Source: the human T2T-CHM13v2.0 reference genome, Homo sapiens
Assembly: GCF_009914755.1 (NCBI RefSeq)
Contig: NC_060931.1
DNA: 64,000 nt
Reading direction: 5' to 3' (one strand)
Under the pieces are notes generated by a model that worked only from the letters and a program-made list of their open reading frames with translations, was not told the origin of the DNA and did no database searches. Shown in pieces: positions 14,135-32,735 of this stretch. Each line of letters begins with the position of its first letter. Within the stretch, counting starts at the first letter, position 1. The translations under genes and the position numbers were made by a program.

Positions 14135-15060
14135 TAAACTGACTAAACCATATTTTCTAGTATATAAAAATCTCTAATTAGATTTCTTTTGCCAGTGTTC
14201 AACATGTTTTGATACTCAATATATTTTGAACAATTTCCTTTATTTTTAATTAAAATTTTAATTACTATATATTTTAATGAATTAGTTAAGGGATTAACAA
14301 AAGTACAAATTTACCTTTGAAGATAGAAGAATATTTGTCAATATGTTGAAAATAAGAAATGTTGGATATTCATATAATAGCAAAGAAAACATAAAAATGA
14401 ATAGGCATAACACAGTACACTATATAGAAACACAAATTTAGAGAAAAGATAAAATTTTATGCTAATTTGATCTCTAATGACTAAATGTTGATTCTACTTT
14501 AAAATAAATGTACAGTTATTGAAATTCTATATTTTAAGCAACTGCTCTCCTCTTCCCTGCATTATGCCTGAAAATTCCTCCTAGCTAGTGAACCCAGTTC
14601 TTACTTTATCATATGGAAGAATTGTCTGAGGGAGAAAAGTTTGCCTTTAATCCCATGAGAACATAGTGAATCTCTGTAAAAGCTTTTTGACCCACTACCT
14701 TCTTTAAATAGTATTGTGTAAATACATGATTATTTCATTGTCTTCACCAAAGTATTCACTTTGCTACTGACTAGAGAAGGAAATGAGAAAGCCTAAAATC
14801 AGATGCCAGTTCTAAGATACTAAATCTGGTTGCCTAATTGTAAAGCCTCAGGTTTTTAAAAGTTTAGGTTTATTGAAACATCTTTCTAGATATATAACTA
14901 TTTAGATAGGTTAATATGTAAAACATTTTTATCATAAATGAAACTTGCATACACCAGTTTCATTTGTTATGCATCATTAATTGCTGATGTTAACATACTT
15001 ATTGTTGTGAAGATACAGTATTTTAGAAAGTTGTTGTTATACTTTTTATGAGGTATTTAG

Positions 15061-15315
<255 letters not shown>

Positions 15316-16217
15316 TAGGGTGAGAGAATCTTTTAAATAGCTCTTAGGAGTTTTTTTTTAATGTTATATTTAAAAGGATTTAAAGACAATTTGAGGGAAT
15401 CTCTCAGTAAATTAAACAAAAAGACAAAGATGGAAAAACAGGAAAGTTTTTAAAAATCAGAGGCTCAGATATGGAGGCTGGGCAGTTAAAAGGAGATATT
15501 CTTTCTTTAATCAGAGTTTTATACCCAGGCAAATTATCAATCAGATTGACTTGAAGATTAACTAAACATTTTCGTGCAAGTTCTCAAAATAATTCTTATG
15601 TACTCATTCTCAGGAAGATACTTGATAATATGAATCATCAAAAATATAGTAAAACAAGAAAGAAGACATAAGATTCCAAAAATGGAATCTGACACAGAAG
15701 AAAAAGGCAACCCCCAGTACAGCAGCAGCAGCAGCTTGTGCAGTAGTCTGTAGCAGGAAGACATAGGACTCCCAAGGGAGAAAAATGCTTCAACAGTATT
15801 GAGAATCTCCTGTTGGAGATTGTGAGAATGACATAGAAATAGGTACCTAGAAAGATAAGCAACTGAAAATATAAGGTAATTACAGAGTCTTAGTAAAAAC
15901 AAAAAGTTGTACAAAAAATGTCTTAGTACATTTTGTGGGTCTGCAGTGAACAATATTTAAATAATAATAATAATGATGTAAACAAACACCTGAGTACGAA
16001 TGTAACTAAAAACTGTGATGCAATCAGGATATAACCTGAATATGCACTTAACCAAAAATTGTGATTTTCAGAATACTTAACCAGTACAAGACAAATACTG
16101 ATCAGTTAGAATAGATACTGGCAATAAACAGTTATACCAGTACCTACCAACTAAAACAATCAATGCTTAATCAAAACTAAGTTAAAGGGATGGGGTGAAT
16201 GGTGGTGGTGGTGGTTT

Positions 16218-16218
<1 letters not shown>

Positions 16219-16249
<31 letters not shown>

Positions 16250-16257
16250 CACGCACG
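16219..16257. repeat. (GT)n(GC)n alternating purine-pyrimidine tract
   Basis: Read directly from the sequence. Confidence 0.9.
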
Positions 16258-16633
16258 AATGGAAGCAGGACGGGGTTGGAGAATCAGAATGTAAAAACCT
16301 AATCTCCTGATCTTCACTAGTAAGGATTATAGATGTATTGCAATTTTTAACAATCATTTTATTTAGAAATATGGAGGTAAACAGCAGAAGAAAAAGCTAG
16401 GTTTGAAAATAGTTCTTCCAAGGAATAAGTGCTTTTAACTATATCTACATTTATTACTTTGAAATTTTTGAAAACATTTGAAGGAGATTGTTTTTGTTAT
16501 TGATTTGAAATTTTCACCATCCTGGGCTTCAACAGAAAGTTTAGATTCATCTTATAATTTTTGTATCTTAGGTATAATTTGAATGAACAGCTCCAGTGAG
16601 GTATATATATATATATATAGGTCATGTGGTTGA

Positions 16634-17215
<582 letters not shown>

Positions 17216-17407
17216 TAAGATAGTACTTCCCTTCCCACATTCTTTTACTGTAAACTTTTGAAGATTATTTTAACAGAAAGCCTTTGAAAAAACTTAAATG
17301 AAATTCCACTTGGCACAAGTGTATACTCCAAAATCCCAATGAATAGTCTAGGTTTTCCCATACCCTTCCGCTTATTCTTTGTGCTTCTTTCAAAAAACTA
17401 ATCATTC

Positions 17408-17630
17408 AGCCTGAGCAACACAGGGAGACCCTGTCTGTCTGTACAAAATAAAAAATTAGCCGGGTATGGTAGTGCATGCCTGTAGTCCCAGCTACTCAGG
17501 AGGCTGAGGTGGGAGGATTGGTTGAGCCTGAGAGGTCAAGGCTGCAGTAAGCTGTGCTTGCACCACTGCACCCCAGACTGGGCAACAGAGCAAGACCCTC
17601 TCCCTAGTCATTACAAAAAGAAAAAAAAAT
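17408..17630 (+). mobile_element. 5'-truncated AluJ
   Basis: cagcctgagcaac...A-rich tail. Confidence 0.8.
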
Positions 17631-18214
17631 AACAGGCCCTTTAAATTATCACAAGGGATCATCATAAGGAACAATGTCCCTATGCATAACAGCTACCACA
17701 GTTTATTATGTCTTTTTGCCAGGCATCGAACTGTATCTTTTACAAGTATTTCAAGTAAATTCTCATACCCTATGGGGATGATGATCATCATCATGACCAA
17801 GATGGTTAAGAGCCATTGGGTTGATCTCTCAGTTCTTGGAAGGCCATACTTTTGAAAATTTAATTTTATAAACTTAAGAGTAACAAGAATAGTACAAAGA
17901 GCTTTTCTAGTTCCTGAATCCTTTGGAGGAAAAAAATTCAATTATGCCCTAGATATGTGAGCCCTAGATTAAATTTGTTTAGGTGTTTCTTTTTTTTCAA
18001 TATATGTATCTCACACCTTCTTAACTAGATTTTGATGTTTGTTAGGCCCTTGCATTATATTTCTGCTGTTTCCTCTCAGCATGGTGCAGTATACCTAGTG
18101 GTATGTGGTAAATGCTCAGTGATTAAAATTCATGCCAAATGAACAATTCTGTATCATAGATGTCATGGAGGAGGTGGGAAAGGGAAATAGTGAAGAGAGG
18201 AAATGATGCATTAG

Positions 18215-18388
<174 letters not shown>

Positions 18389-19378
18389 TAAGATGCATTA
18401 TTGTATTGTAGTGCAATATTGTACTGTGGTACCTTTTGTCAAAGAGGTGTATATCCATCCAGATTTTATACTGATCCTTTTTATTTAAGAGTATTTTTTT
18501 TTGTTTACAAAGGTACATGAATCTTAAAGACTGTAACTTTCTTTAAATTAAAAAAATCACAGAATTAATGCATGTATTTTATAGAAGCTTATTGTACCTG
18601 AACAAGATGGAATATGTACCCTAGACTTTTAATCTACCTTAAGTAAATTTCTATTTTGTTTTATTTCCTACTATAGATAAGATTTTTCCTTAGAACTGCC
18701 ACCAAGGAGCTGGGTTTTTTCTTTACTCTTCCTGGAAATAATTCCTTTTTTTTCACTGAATGGGACTAGACTTATGCATCAAAGCCAACTGATATATTTA
18801 ACTGTAAATAACATTTAAAGCTACCAAGTCAACACTTTGTTACCAAAAAAACTCCTTTGCTAAATTATTAAGTAGAACAGTCAATATGAAAGTTGTCATG
18901 CAAGAGGGGACGTGCCCATTCACTGCCAGTACTACTCAGTGGTTACTGGGATAAACCCATAAAGCAGGGAAGTATATGAATAGCAGAGCACATGGTTGGA
19001 CCTTCGGCATGCAGAAAGGTGCCTTAGGTCTGGATGCATATTGAGAAGGTCCACCTCCAGTTCTCCTAAGAGACGTACGTTCTTCCTTTATAGACTATTA
19101 CTAATTTATAATACACAGACTGGAGCAATAAGTGCAAATTTATTGTTAGAAAACTTCAAATGGTTTTCTAGTGATTGTCTTAGTTCATTCAATTACAGGG
19201 CCTGTTCCCAAATATTGGGAAGGAGAGCAAAACTCCGAGAATCAGTAATTTTTTTGTATTCATCTGGGTTTTAATTTTTAGTCTGACACTTTGGGACCTC
19301 TGAGATTGTTATTTAAAATAAGCTGTGAATTCATTGTTTTATAATATTTTATCTCAGTTTTTATTTATTTTTGCTTAG

Positions 19379-19564
<186 letters not shown>

Positions 19565-19942
19565 TAAATCTTAATAATACATACTGAATGCTTTGATCCT
19601 ATGTAGGTACATTTTAGTAAGTGGCCCAAAACTTCTGTTCATTTCTCAGGTATTCTTTCTTCTTTCTTTTCTCATCTATTTTACTTACCACTGGGATGTT
19701 TAGGGTGATTTCTGTTAATTTTCTGTATTTCAGGAGTTTTAGGCATGTTTCCGAAGCTGTTGGAAAAAAAACTTTGAAATAAAGACATCTCTCCCTGCTA
19801 CATTTTCCGTACTTATTTTTCTTTATAGGTCCAGACTTCAAGTAAATAAGTAGACGTTACCAATACAAAAAAAGTTGAGGAAGTATGTGCGCAGGTGCTA
19901 TTGACTTCAGAAAGGTTCATATTGAAAGTTTGATGTGACTGT

Positions 19943-20267
<325 letters not shown>

Positions 20268-20967
20268 TTAGAGTGCTGGAAAGGGCCTGGTACCCCAAAA
20301 GAGTATTCTTCTAATGTCTGAACCCCGGAGGCGGAGGTTGCAGTGAGCCGAGATTGCGCCATTGCTCTCCAGCCTGGGCAACAAGAGCAAAACTCTGTCC
20401 CAAAAAAAAAATTTTTTTTCATTTGTTCTACAGTTTGATAAATCTCAAATTAATACAAAGTTGAGAAGAAAATCAGCTTAGTAAATACAGTCAGCTTCTC
20501 TCTTAAGAACAGGTTTTGAGAACTTGATATAGGAAATAAATACCTCCAGGGAGAAGGGTCTTTTGTACCCAAAAGAGGCAGGGTAAAGAAGTCGAGAGGC
20601 TTGTAACAACATTACCAACTTGAAAATGTAACCTTGAATTGTACTTTTTATTATCCTGGCTTACAGTTACGTTATTAATACCAACAATGACAAAGTAGCC
20701 CCCTTTTTCTTAATAAATATCATCTCATTTAGTCTGTACAAAATGCTGTGAGTTTGGCAGGATTATCCCTATTTGAAATATGAAGAAACTGAGGTTAAGT
20801 AGCTTACCCAGGACCATGACACTGAGCAGCAGAGCTGGGGATTAAACCCAGATTCAAAGTCCTTCTTCCTCTTGTATAATACATGCAGCAAAAACATGTC
20901 AGATTCTACTAGAAATGATATTCTTCCTAGTAATTGCTTTTTGTTTAATAATGAAGAAAAAAATCTA

Positions 20968-21402
<435 letters not shown>

Positions 21403-21531
21403 TTACTAATGGCAAATAGCACAGAGAAAAGCAATGAGAACATTCTGAATTTTAGAGCACATCTCATAGAATATATTTAGGACAAGGTGGAATTTAGCTG
21501 TTTGTATTATAACATCTCATTTTTTTAATAG

Positions 21532-21723
<192 letters not shown>

Positions 21724-22309
21724 TGAAAATCATTTTATTACTAAACACCTTGTCAACATAGGAGACCAAGATGTCTGAGTTAGAATAAATTTCCAACTTT
21801 TCAGATCAGGGAATGCAAGAGATAATTCAGATAACTCTGTCCACATTTATATTCAAAGGTTTATTAGATGGTGATGGAAATGCAAATTACAGCTGATAAC
21901 TGAAAGACAAAATGTTTTTCTCTGACCTAGACATATTCTTTATCATTCCCACCTGTATTTCTTATTTTTATGTTGATCTTGAAATATTAAGGATGTGGGC
22001 CAAATAGCTCTAATTTAAAAATTTCTCATCTGTCAGTTCATCTACACATCAGTCAGACTTAGAACCTTTTGCTGCTGGTGGTTTGTTCTCTGTTACTCAT
22101 TCTAATAGTACTACATTTAATTTGTTCTAAAAATACCTGGTTCATGATCCTATGGTTATGGAATCCTAACTGATATGTGTTTGGCAATATAGTCCTACCA
22201 TTACCACCTTCTTTTAGAATAATCCAGGCTTTTACTTTTATCTTTTTTCCACACTTCTGAATCTTTTATTTTAGCTGGCCTTCTGTACAGAGACTTTGTC
22301 TAGTCCTAA

Positions 22310-22633
<324 letters not shown>

Positions 22634-24750
22634 TATGCAGCACCACTAGCTTGTGCTGGTTTTTAGATTTTTTTGTTTTCAAAAAAACATTTGTCAGTAA
22701 TTTAACATCACTACAAAAAGAAGAGTTTGTGACTATTCTCATCTCTGTTTTGGACGTTTACTAGACTTTGATTTCCTTAATAGCCCATTTCTGTTAACCT
22801 CTTATCACTAAGAAAGAAAGGAAAGAAGGAGATGAATAGAAGAAAGAAAATGGAAAGAAGGAAAAAAGGAGGATAGAAAAAGGATGGAAGAAAGAAGCAT
22901 TGAAAACAAAGACATTCTTCCCACTTCTTGGATTTTTAAACCACAGTCTGGAGTGATAGCTACTGTAGAAAGGAAATAGACTTTGTATGAACTCTTTAAG
23001 TTGAAAAGTAAAAAATATATGTGGTTTGGATGTGTGCTTTAATTCAGCTTTAGAAATTAATACCACTACCCGTGAATTATATGGCCTGACAATATGAATT
23101 AGGTGTACTGTACTGAAGAACAGTACTCCACAAACATGGGTGGTAACAAGAGTTCCATCCCAGGAGGCCAAACGGTGCAACAGAAGGGTAGGTTAGATGC
23201 TATTAAGAAGGCACTTAATAGTACATCATGTAAGATGGCAACTGTATTAAAGAAAAATCCGGAAAACAAATGTTTGATTTTGTTTTTGTTTTTATCTTGT
23301 CTGTAGAGGTATTTTGGTATAGCAGGTTTTCAAGGCCATTTTTTATACATTTCTAGATCTAGATTTTCAACTTCTTCCACTGAGGGAAGTATATACATTT
23401 GGGTTTGCTGTGTGTCTATGTGAGGTTTAATTGTACAGGTGATCCTTTTACAACAAGCCTCATTGTTTGCAGTATAGCTTTTAGTGGAACTACCCAAAAT
23501 ATAAATACAGCAGCGTGCACTGTATTTGATGTGAGGGTTCTTCATCATATACCCTACTGGGCATTAAATATAAGTTCCTCTGAAAGGGACTCGTTTTTGT
23601 GGTTTTCATCTGTCTATAATTTGGAATGAAAATGTGTTGTAGGATTTTGGGAGCAGGCAGCTGGGGGGAATTAATAGTGATTTTTTTTTTTTCCTGAAGC
23701 ATCTATCTCATGTTTTTCTTTTGAGAGTCAGAACATCAAACTTAATCTTTGATCTGACTTCTGATTTTATTCTCCTGATTGATTGATAGAGGTACAAAAG
23801 ACTTATCTTCTGAGGACAAGCATATTCTTAATGTGCCAGACCTACCCGGTTCAGCTGATATAGATAGATAGATAGATAGAAGAAAATTGCTGTGCCATAC
23901 ATTAATCCAGCATTTGACACAATATCTAAATGGTTTGCCGAAGTTAATCTGTATTTATAAAACATTAACTGGAGTAAATTTTTCTCCTTAGGATGATAGA
24001 ATAAAAAGAGCTCACTTGAAAGAAGGCTATTATTTGCATTATATCACCTGCCATAAATTTAACATAGAAGACTTGGTTTTATCTACATGGCTTTACTTCT
24101 TAAAGTGGAAAATATCCTGTGGCTAATTCATTGGGTTTTCAGGTACTGCTAAAGATAAAATACAGGGAGAAAATAACTTGTTAGCAATAGATCCCCATTG
24201 TTTATATATATAGGTCTTGTTCATAATATGTCAATTATGTATTGTTAAAAAGTCCTACTCACTTTTCAAATATGTGTTACATGGTAATGTTTGTCATTGT
24301 TGTTTTAAAGTTGCATTTGACATTTGTTCTCCAAAGAGTGTTTGAACAGATTTTGATAACAGTGCATACACCTTTTGTCTTTTTTTGCTCCAGCATTTTA
24401 TTTTTAGCACAGCAGCTGTGGAGCTTTTGCTGATAATTTTATTGTTGGTATCTTAGAATACTGTTCGTCTGACAGTTTATTCTTCCATACTTGTCTCCCA
24501 AGTTAAAACAGAGCAAAACAGATAAATTATTTTGAGAATCATCACAAAAGGGAGTTAGAACTTGTGAGACTAAAACTATAATTTCCTAAATGTGACTAAT
24601 GAACCCCAAACTGTCACTATTACATTCAGTGCCATATTTATCTTTCAAAACAGTATTTGTTTCACCCTAACCATCTTTGGCTGAATGAAAGGCAGTTGAG
24701 AACCATCTTTTGGTCATACATAATATAATTATATTAAAAGTAAAGATCGG

Positions 24751-25040
24751 GGCTGGGCGCAGTGGCTCACACCTGCAATCCCACCAGCACTTTGGGAGGC
24801 CAAGGTGGGCGGATCACAAAGTCAAGAGTTCGAGATCAGCCTGGCCAACATTGTGAAACCCCGCCTCTACAAAAAATACAAAAATTAGCCGGACATGGTG
24901 GCGTGCAACTGTAATCCCAACTACTCAGGAGGCTGAGACAGGAGAATCACTTGAACGCAGGAGGCAGAAGTTGCAGTGAGCCAAGATCTCACCATTGCAC
25001 TCCAGCCTGAGTGACAGAGACTCAGTCTCAAAAACAAAAA
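24751..25040 (+). mobile_element. AluS in the TRIM24 long 3'UTR
   Basis: Full dimer. Confidence 0.9.
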
Positions 25041-26098
25041 GTAAAGGTCTTGGGTTTCTCTCTGTAAATAGCCTTTGTGTAATGGTCTTTAGATTAATAT
25101 CCTTTGACTTTATTAATAAGTACCTGTGTGCCCAGGTGGATCTCAGCTAAGTCATCCTTAAATTCTGTTCAAATAGAAATAAACCATAAAATGAGCCTAA
25201 CTATAACCCACACTCACTTATCAAGCATTCCCCCAAAAGTTCAGTGCGATTCAGGTAACCTTGACCTAAACTTGTACACTCCGGTGTACATCTTTGACCA
25301 TAAACTCTGGGAGATTTCCCTCTGGATTTGGGATCAGGAGCCCAGTAGGGCCCCATTGCTGAATGTTTATCACACTTCTGGCTAGGGCTTATGGATGAGC
25401 AGACCACGTAGGAGCTAGGATTTACTCAGTTCCACCTCACTGACAGCTTTTCTAGGTGCCAAGCAACTGACTTTTCCTGTGTAAGGAAGCCCAAGTACTT
25501 GACCAGTGATATATATGGCCATGGCAAAAGTATAAATGGATGGATGTAGACCATATTCAACGCAGAATACATTTTAGATCGGTATCTGGCATTGTAATCA
25601 TTTTGTCTTTTGAATTAACATGCCCTGCTTGTCTTTTCTGAATGGAAGGGTAGGAAAGTGGAAGGTACTAAAAAGGAAAATGTAGTTTTAGTTTCTTTTC
25701 TAAGCTAAAGAACTGGCTTTACTACTGCTATATTTTACTACCACATAGTAGTGTAGATGTAGTATAACTTGCTTAGGAATGCTTTCAAAAAGGTTACCTC
25801 CATAGTCAAAAAAAGGGGGAGTATACAGCTGATTGTTGCATTTATGAAACTGCATTTCAATATGCTATGCTGTTACTGTGCTTAGACACTTCCTTACGTT
25901 TGAGTTCCAAGGAGAGAGAGTGAGAAGAGGAACTCCTTTTGCTGAGCTCTGGTCCAAATTAATGTGAATCCCCAAAGTAAATTGCTGCATATGAACAACA
26001 GGTTTTAGGTTTAAATTGAAGATACATTCATTTTATATGTATTTGTTGTGAATGAGAGAAATTGAGTGATCTGATTGGCCATTAAAATTATGGTGAAT

Positions 26099-26704
<606 letters not shown>

Positions 26705-27651
26705 TGGTGACCATGCGTTCAACCATATAATTTCTTACTGAAATTGAGCTCCTCCTTTTGAATAACCATGTACATATTTTTAAAAGTATTTTATAGCCCT
26801 ATGTAAATTAATAGTTGATGTCTTTTTATAAATGTTTATTGCATATTCATCTTGAATGTGAATTTACTGTTGTAATTCACATACTGGTGTCATGTTTCTG
26901 AGTGAGAATAATGCTAGTCAGTCAGATCACAGATTTTTCTCCATGAAGGTTTTACTTATTGAGAGGGACATCTGAGGCAGTAGTCTTCGTCTTTAATTTT
27001 TGGGGGCAGATTGGTGCTTTGGTTTTAATAAAAACTAACTTTGATGGATTTTTACTGTCAATATTTTACCACAAGGATTTTTTAATAGAAAAATTACTGA
27101 ATGTTACTTCAGCAGAGTTCTAACTACTTTGAGTCTCCATTACTACTACTGTTGTTCCCCTAGCTGTAACATTGATCCATATAGGGGCAAGCTACTAGTC
27201 CATAAATAGCTGTAATAGGAAAACAGTTTTTTAAAATTCTAACACGTGTATTTCACCAGCCTTAAAAGATTTAAAAAAAAATCTGACAGGAAGGAAAGCG
27301 GGTGGTAAGTATCTTGGATTATTCTGCCTCATACCAGCCACTCCCAAAGTAGGAGGACCAAAGATGCCATGAAGACTTCTAGTTGTCTGGAAGTTATTTG
27401 GGGAAGGGGGGAAAGACACAGAGTGGGGACCTTTGGAAGTCATTTTAAAAATTTAGCTATGTTAATTCCACTTGTAAAGTTTGAAAGGTTTTGATTCTTG
27501 TAATTTCTGAGAATTACTATGTTTTAAATTTACTATTGGATATTTAACAGATCTTTCATGGGGCCAACCTATTTGCTTCCTTAATTTTCAAATTAAGTCC
27601 TAATTTGAGTCCTAAAAAAATCTTTCCTTGTTAGTTGCAAGTTAAACATTT

Positions 27652-27657
27652 AATAAA
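27652..27657 (+). terminator. TRIM24: Probable distal TRIM24 poly(A) signal
   Basis: AATAAA followed by GT/T-rich sequence, with a second AATAAA at 27690. Confidence 0.55.
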
Positions 27658-27957
27658 ATTATTTTCCCACGTTTTCACATGTGGTATGGAATAAAGGCTG
27701 TTTTAACATTCCCTGCGAGATACTTGGGAAGGTGGATTCTTTGCCTATGTACTAATGCCTTTAACCCCAAGACAACTGAACCAGAAAAAAGTCAGTCAGG
27801 AATCTTTCCATTGCAAATGACTGAATGCCAGTTGCCATTGCTTTGGGGGAGAGGATAGAATATACAGATCAACCAGAGTTAAGCCCTCCTCACCTTTTAA
27901 ATGAAAATGTACTGACCTGAGAAGTGGCATTTCTCCAAGGGAAAATCAGGGTGTTCT

Positions 27958-28176
<219 letters not shown>

Positions 28177-28309
28177 TGATGGTGATGCTGGTTATCTGAC
28201 TGCTCCTTTTAGGGATTCACTAATGAGGTTGTATGTTAAGAAAACCCGAGGTACAAACAGTCCAAAATAAATATTTTGGCATTCATATTATAATAGTAGT
28301 TTTTGCAAA

Positions 28310-29021
<712 letters not shown>

Positions 29022-29057
29022 CCATTAAAGACTGCTTTAAAGAGACTACACTACTGA

Positions 29058-29375
29058 GGCCAGGTACGGTGGCTCACGCCTGTAATCCCAGCACTTTGGG
29101 AGGCTGAGGCGGGCGGATCACGAGGTCAGGAGATTGAGACCATCCTGGCTAACATGGTGAAACCCCGTCTCTACTAAAAATACAAAAAAAAAAAAAAAAA
29201 TTAGCCAGGCATGGTGGCGGGTGCCTATAGTCCCAGCTACTCAGGAGGCTGAGGCAGGAGCATGGTGTGAACCCAGGAGGCGGAGCTTGCAGTGACCTGA
29301 GACTGCACCACTGCACACCAGCCTGGGCAACAGAGGGAGACTCCGTCTCAAAAAAAAAAAAAAAAAAAAAAAAAA
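29058..29375 (+). mobile_element. AluY
   Basis: Y diagnostics, long A tail, TSD-like AGACTACAC. Confidence 0.9.
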
Positions 29376-29549
29376 GACTACACAGCTGAACGGCAATTAA
29401 GAGACAAAACATAAATGCATAACCTATGCATAAATGCATAAACCTTAGTTGCTTTCTTTCTACAGCATATATAACCTTAAGAGTTCAGTGTGCACAGGTG
29501 TGATGTCTTGCATGCATGGAACGGTTTCAAAACAAATAGCATATAAGTA

Positions 29550-31622
29550 GAGGCATACGACAACGATTGTGGTTTCAGTTCCAGACCATTGCAATAAAGC
29601 GAATATCACATTAAAAATGGTCACAAATAGTTTGGTTTCCCAGTGCTTATAAAAGTTATGTTTATACTGTAGCCTATTAAGTGTGCAATAACATTATATC
29701 TAAAAACTGTACATACCTTAATTTTCTTTCACCAAATAGCTTCTCACATATCTTAATTTTGAAATAATTCATTACGGAAAAGTGCAATGATCATCTAAGC
29801 CTTCGGTGGGTCAATCTTTTGCTGATGGAGGGTCTAGCCTCAATACTGATGGCTGCTGACTGTTCAGAGTGGCAGTTGCTGAAGGCTGGGGTGGCTGTGG
29901 CAATTCCTTAATGAAGTTTGCTGCATCAATTGACTCTTTTATGAAAGATTTCTCTGTAGCACATGATGCTGTTTGATAGTATTCGACCCATAGTAGAACA
30001 TCTTTCAGAATTAGAGTCAATCTTCTCAAACTCTGCCACTGCTTCAACTAAGTTCATATAATATTCTAAATCCTTTGATGTCATTTCAACAATGGTCACA
30101 GCATCTTCACCAGGAGTAGACTCTACCTCAAGAAACCACTTTCTTGGCTCATCCACAAGAAGCAAGTCCTCATCTGTTCAAGTTTGAGATGACAGCAATT
30201 CAGTCACATCTTCAGGCTCCACTTCTAGTTCTCTTGGTATTTCCGTCTCATCTGCGGTACCTTTCGTCACTGAAATCTTGAACCCCTAAAAGTCATTTGT
30301 GAAGGTTCGAATCAATGTCTTTCTCACTCCTGAGTTATTCTGACTCTTCCTGTGAATCACAAATATTCTTAATGGCATCTAGAATGGTGAATTGTTTCCA
30401 GAAGGTTTTCTATTTACTTTGCCCAGATTCATCAGAGGTATCACTATCTGTGGCAGCTATAGCTTTATGAAATATATTTATTAAATAATAAGACTTGAAA
30501 GTCAGAATTCCTTCTTGATCTATGGTCTGCAGAATGGATGTTTTGTTAACAGACATTAAATTATCAAGATCTTAGGTGACTAGGTGCATTGTCAGTGAGC
30601 AGTAATGTTTTAGATGAAGTCCTTTTTTTCAGCAGTAGGTCTCAAAAAATGGGGTTAAAAAATTAACCATGCCATAAAAAGATAATTCTGTCATAAGCAT
30701 TGTTCCATTTATAAAGTACAGGCAGAGTAGATTTAGCATAATTCTTAAGGGCCCTCGAATTTTGAGAACAGTCAATGAGCATTGGCTTCACCAGCTGCAT
30801 TAGTCCCTAACAAGAAAGTCAGCCTATTCTTTGAAACCAAGCATTGACTTGTAACTATAAAGTCCTAGTTGGCATCTTCTTCCAATAGAAGACGATTTTA
30901 TCGACATGAAAATCTGTTTAGTGTAACTACCATCAGTGATTTTAGCTAAATCTGTATAACTTGCTGTAGTGTCTCCATTAGCACTTGCTGCTTCACCTTG
31001 CACTTGCCTTCACAGAGAGGTAGGCTCTTGCTCTAGATTAGGTTTTGGCTTAAGGGAATGTTGTGGATAGTTTGATCTATCCAGACCAAACTTTCTCCAC
31101 ATTAGCAATAAGGCTGTTGTGCTTTCTTATCATTCGTGCATTTTACTAAAGTAGTCCCTTCAAGAACTCTCCCTGTGCATTCACAACTTGGCTGTTTGGC
31201 ATAAGAGGCCTAGCTTTGAGCCTGTAACTTTCAACATACCCTCCTCACTAAGCTTAATCATTTCTAGCTTTTGATTTAAAATGAGAAATGTGCGAGTCTT
31301 CCTTTCACTTGAACATTTACAGGCTATTGTAGGGTTATTTGGCCTAAGTTCAATATTACTGAGTCTCAGGGGATAGGAAGGCCTAAGGAAAAGGAGAGAG
31401 AAGGGGGATCATCCAGTAGGCAGAGCAGTCAGAACACACATGTATTAAGTTTGCCTTCTTACATGAGTGTGGTTAGTGGCACTCTCAAAACAATTGCAAT
31501 AGTAATGTCAAAGGTCACCAATCACCATAACAGATTACCAAAATATAACACAGAGACAAAGTGAGCACATGCTGTTTGTAACAGTGCAATATATGGAAGC
31601 ACAATAAAATAGGGCAGGCCTG
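29550..31622 (-). mobile_element. Tigger1 DNA transposon, near full length (~2.07 kb), decayed
   Basis: Termini resemble the CAGGCATACC TIR with TA on both sides. Minus ORFs 29926-30165 and 29811-30047 resemble the transposase C-terminus (KWFLEVESTPGEDAV...). Confidence 0.88.
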
Positions 31623-31983
31623 TAATTACATGATGGCGGAAAGCTTGCTGCATTCTTTAATCTTTATCATGAGAATCAAAGATTCCCCCTATAAAGAAAT
31701 AAAATTAGAGATAGGGAATGTAAGGGGGAAAATTGGTTTATTCCCTGCTTCTTGGTGATTATGTGTAATACTCACTCTAATTTAAGCATTTTATGAATAA
31801 GCAATTTTCATCAAACTATGGAGGCTGTAAGTTACATAGGCAAATTTGAATTTGAACTTGATGGCTATTCTAGTAGTTTTGAAATGATATCATCCCAGGT
31901 TCTTGCCTTAGCTACAAAATTTCAGTCCAAGTTTAGCTACAAACCTCATGGGAGAATATCAAATGTAAGTTTAAAATTTAGTA

Positions 31984-31989
31984 TTTATT
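31984..31989 (-). terminator. SVOPL: SVOPL poly(A) signal
   Basis: AATAAA on the minus strand ~300 nt after the SVOPL stop. Confidence 0.7.
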
Positions 31990-32290
31990 CATATAAAGGT
32001 TTACAGACTTGATTTCAACGAAGAAAAGCCATCTTCCCCCCCACCATCTCCCTCTCACACCCCTTTGAAAGCTTAAATTATATTTTATAAAAGTACTTTA
32101 TATATTGTTCCTCAAGGAAGAGATCAATATACAGTTACCTACCCCATTCCCATATATGCCTTTTAAAAAAAAATCACTTTACTAATTACCGAGTAGCATA
32201 CAGAAGTAAAACCAAGTTTTAAAAAAATGCACCGCAGTTCTGAAGATAGAATTCATTTTTCTCATCTGGTAGACATAGCTTTGCAGGTCT

Positions 32291-32302
32291 TCATTTAATT
32301 TG
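32291..32302 (-). CDS. SVOPL: SVOPL terminal exon, coding part (QIK*); 3'UTR extends to ~31965
   Basis: Minus strand ttcttccag|CAA ATT AAA TGA; joins phase 0 to ...GRALQ. Confidence 0.8.
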   Translation of the reverse strand, partial: QIK

Positions 32303-32514
32303 CTGGAAGAAAGTTATTTAATAGATCAGTAATAGACTTTTTAAAAGTCTTGTCCATTCATACTGAGCTATCTGATATTTTAGTAATAGAAGATTCTTTA
32401 ATAAAAAATTATTAGGAGGGAAAATCCTAGCATTTACCTTTGTGTATCTGAAGATACAATGCTAACTTTTTAATTCTAATATAATGCAGATGTCATTTAG
32501 AAAAATTCACGTTT

Positions 32515-32735
32515 TATACATATACATACATTATATATACATTTATATGTATACATATATACATACATACATATATATACACGTGTGTGTCTGTGTATAT
32601 ATATAACTTTTTTTTTTTTAGAGACAGGGTTTCACCATGTTGGCCATGCTGGTCTCAAACTCCTGACCTCAGGTGATCCACCTGCCTCAGCCTCCCAAAG
32701 TGCTAGGATTACAGACGTGAGCCACTGTACCTGGC
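32515..32735 (-). mobile_element. TA/CA-rich microsatellite followed by an antisense Alu left arm (32608-32735)
   Basis: Read directly from the sequence. Confidence 0.8.

Noticed and set aside
15720-15735. (CAG)5 in a TRIM24 intron
   Set aside because: Short, non-coding and unremarkable.
29811-30165. Possible domesticated Tigger transposase
   Set aside because: The element is riddled with stops and deletions; only <80-aa fragments remain.
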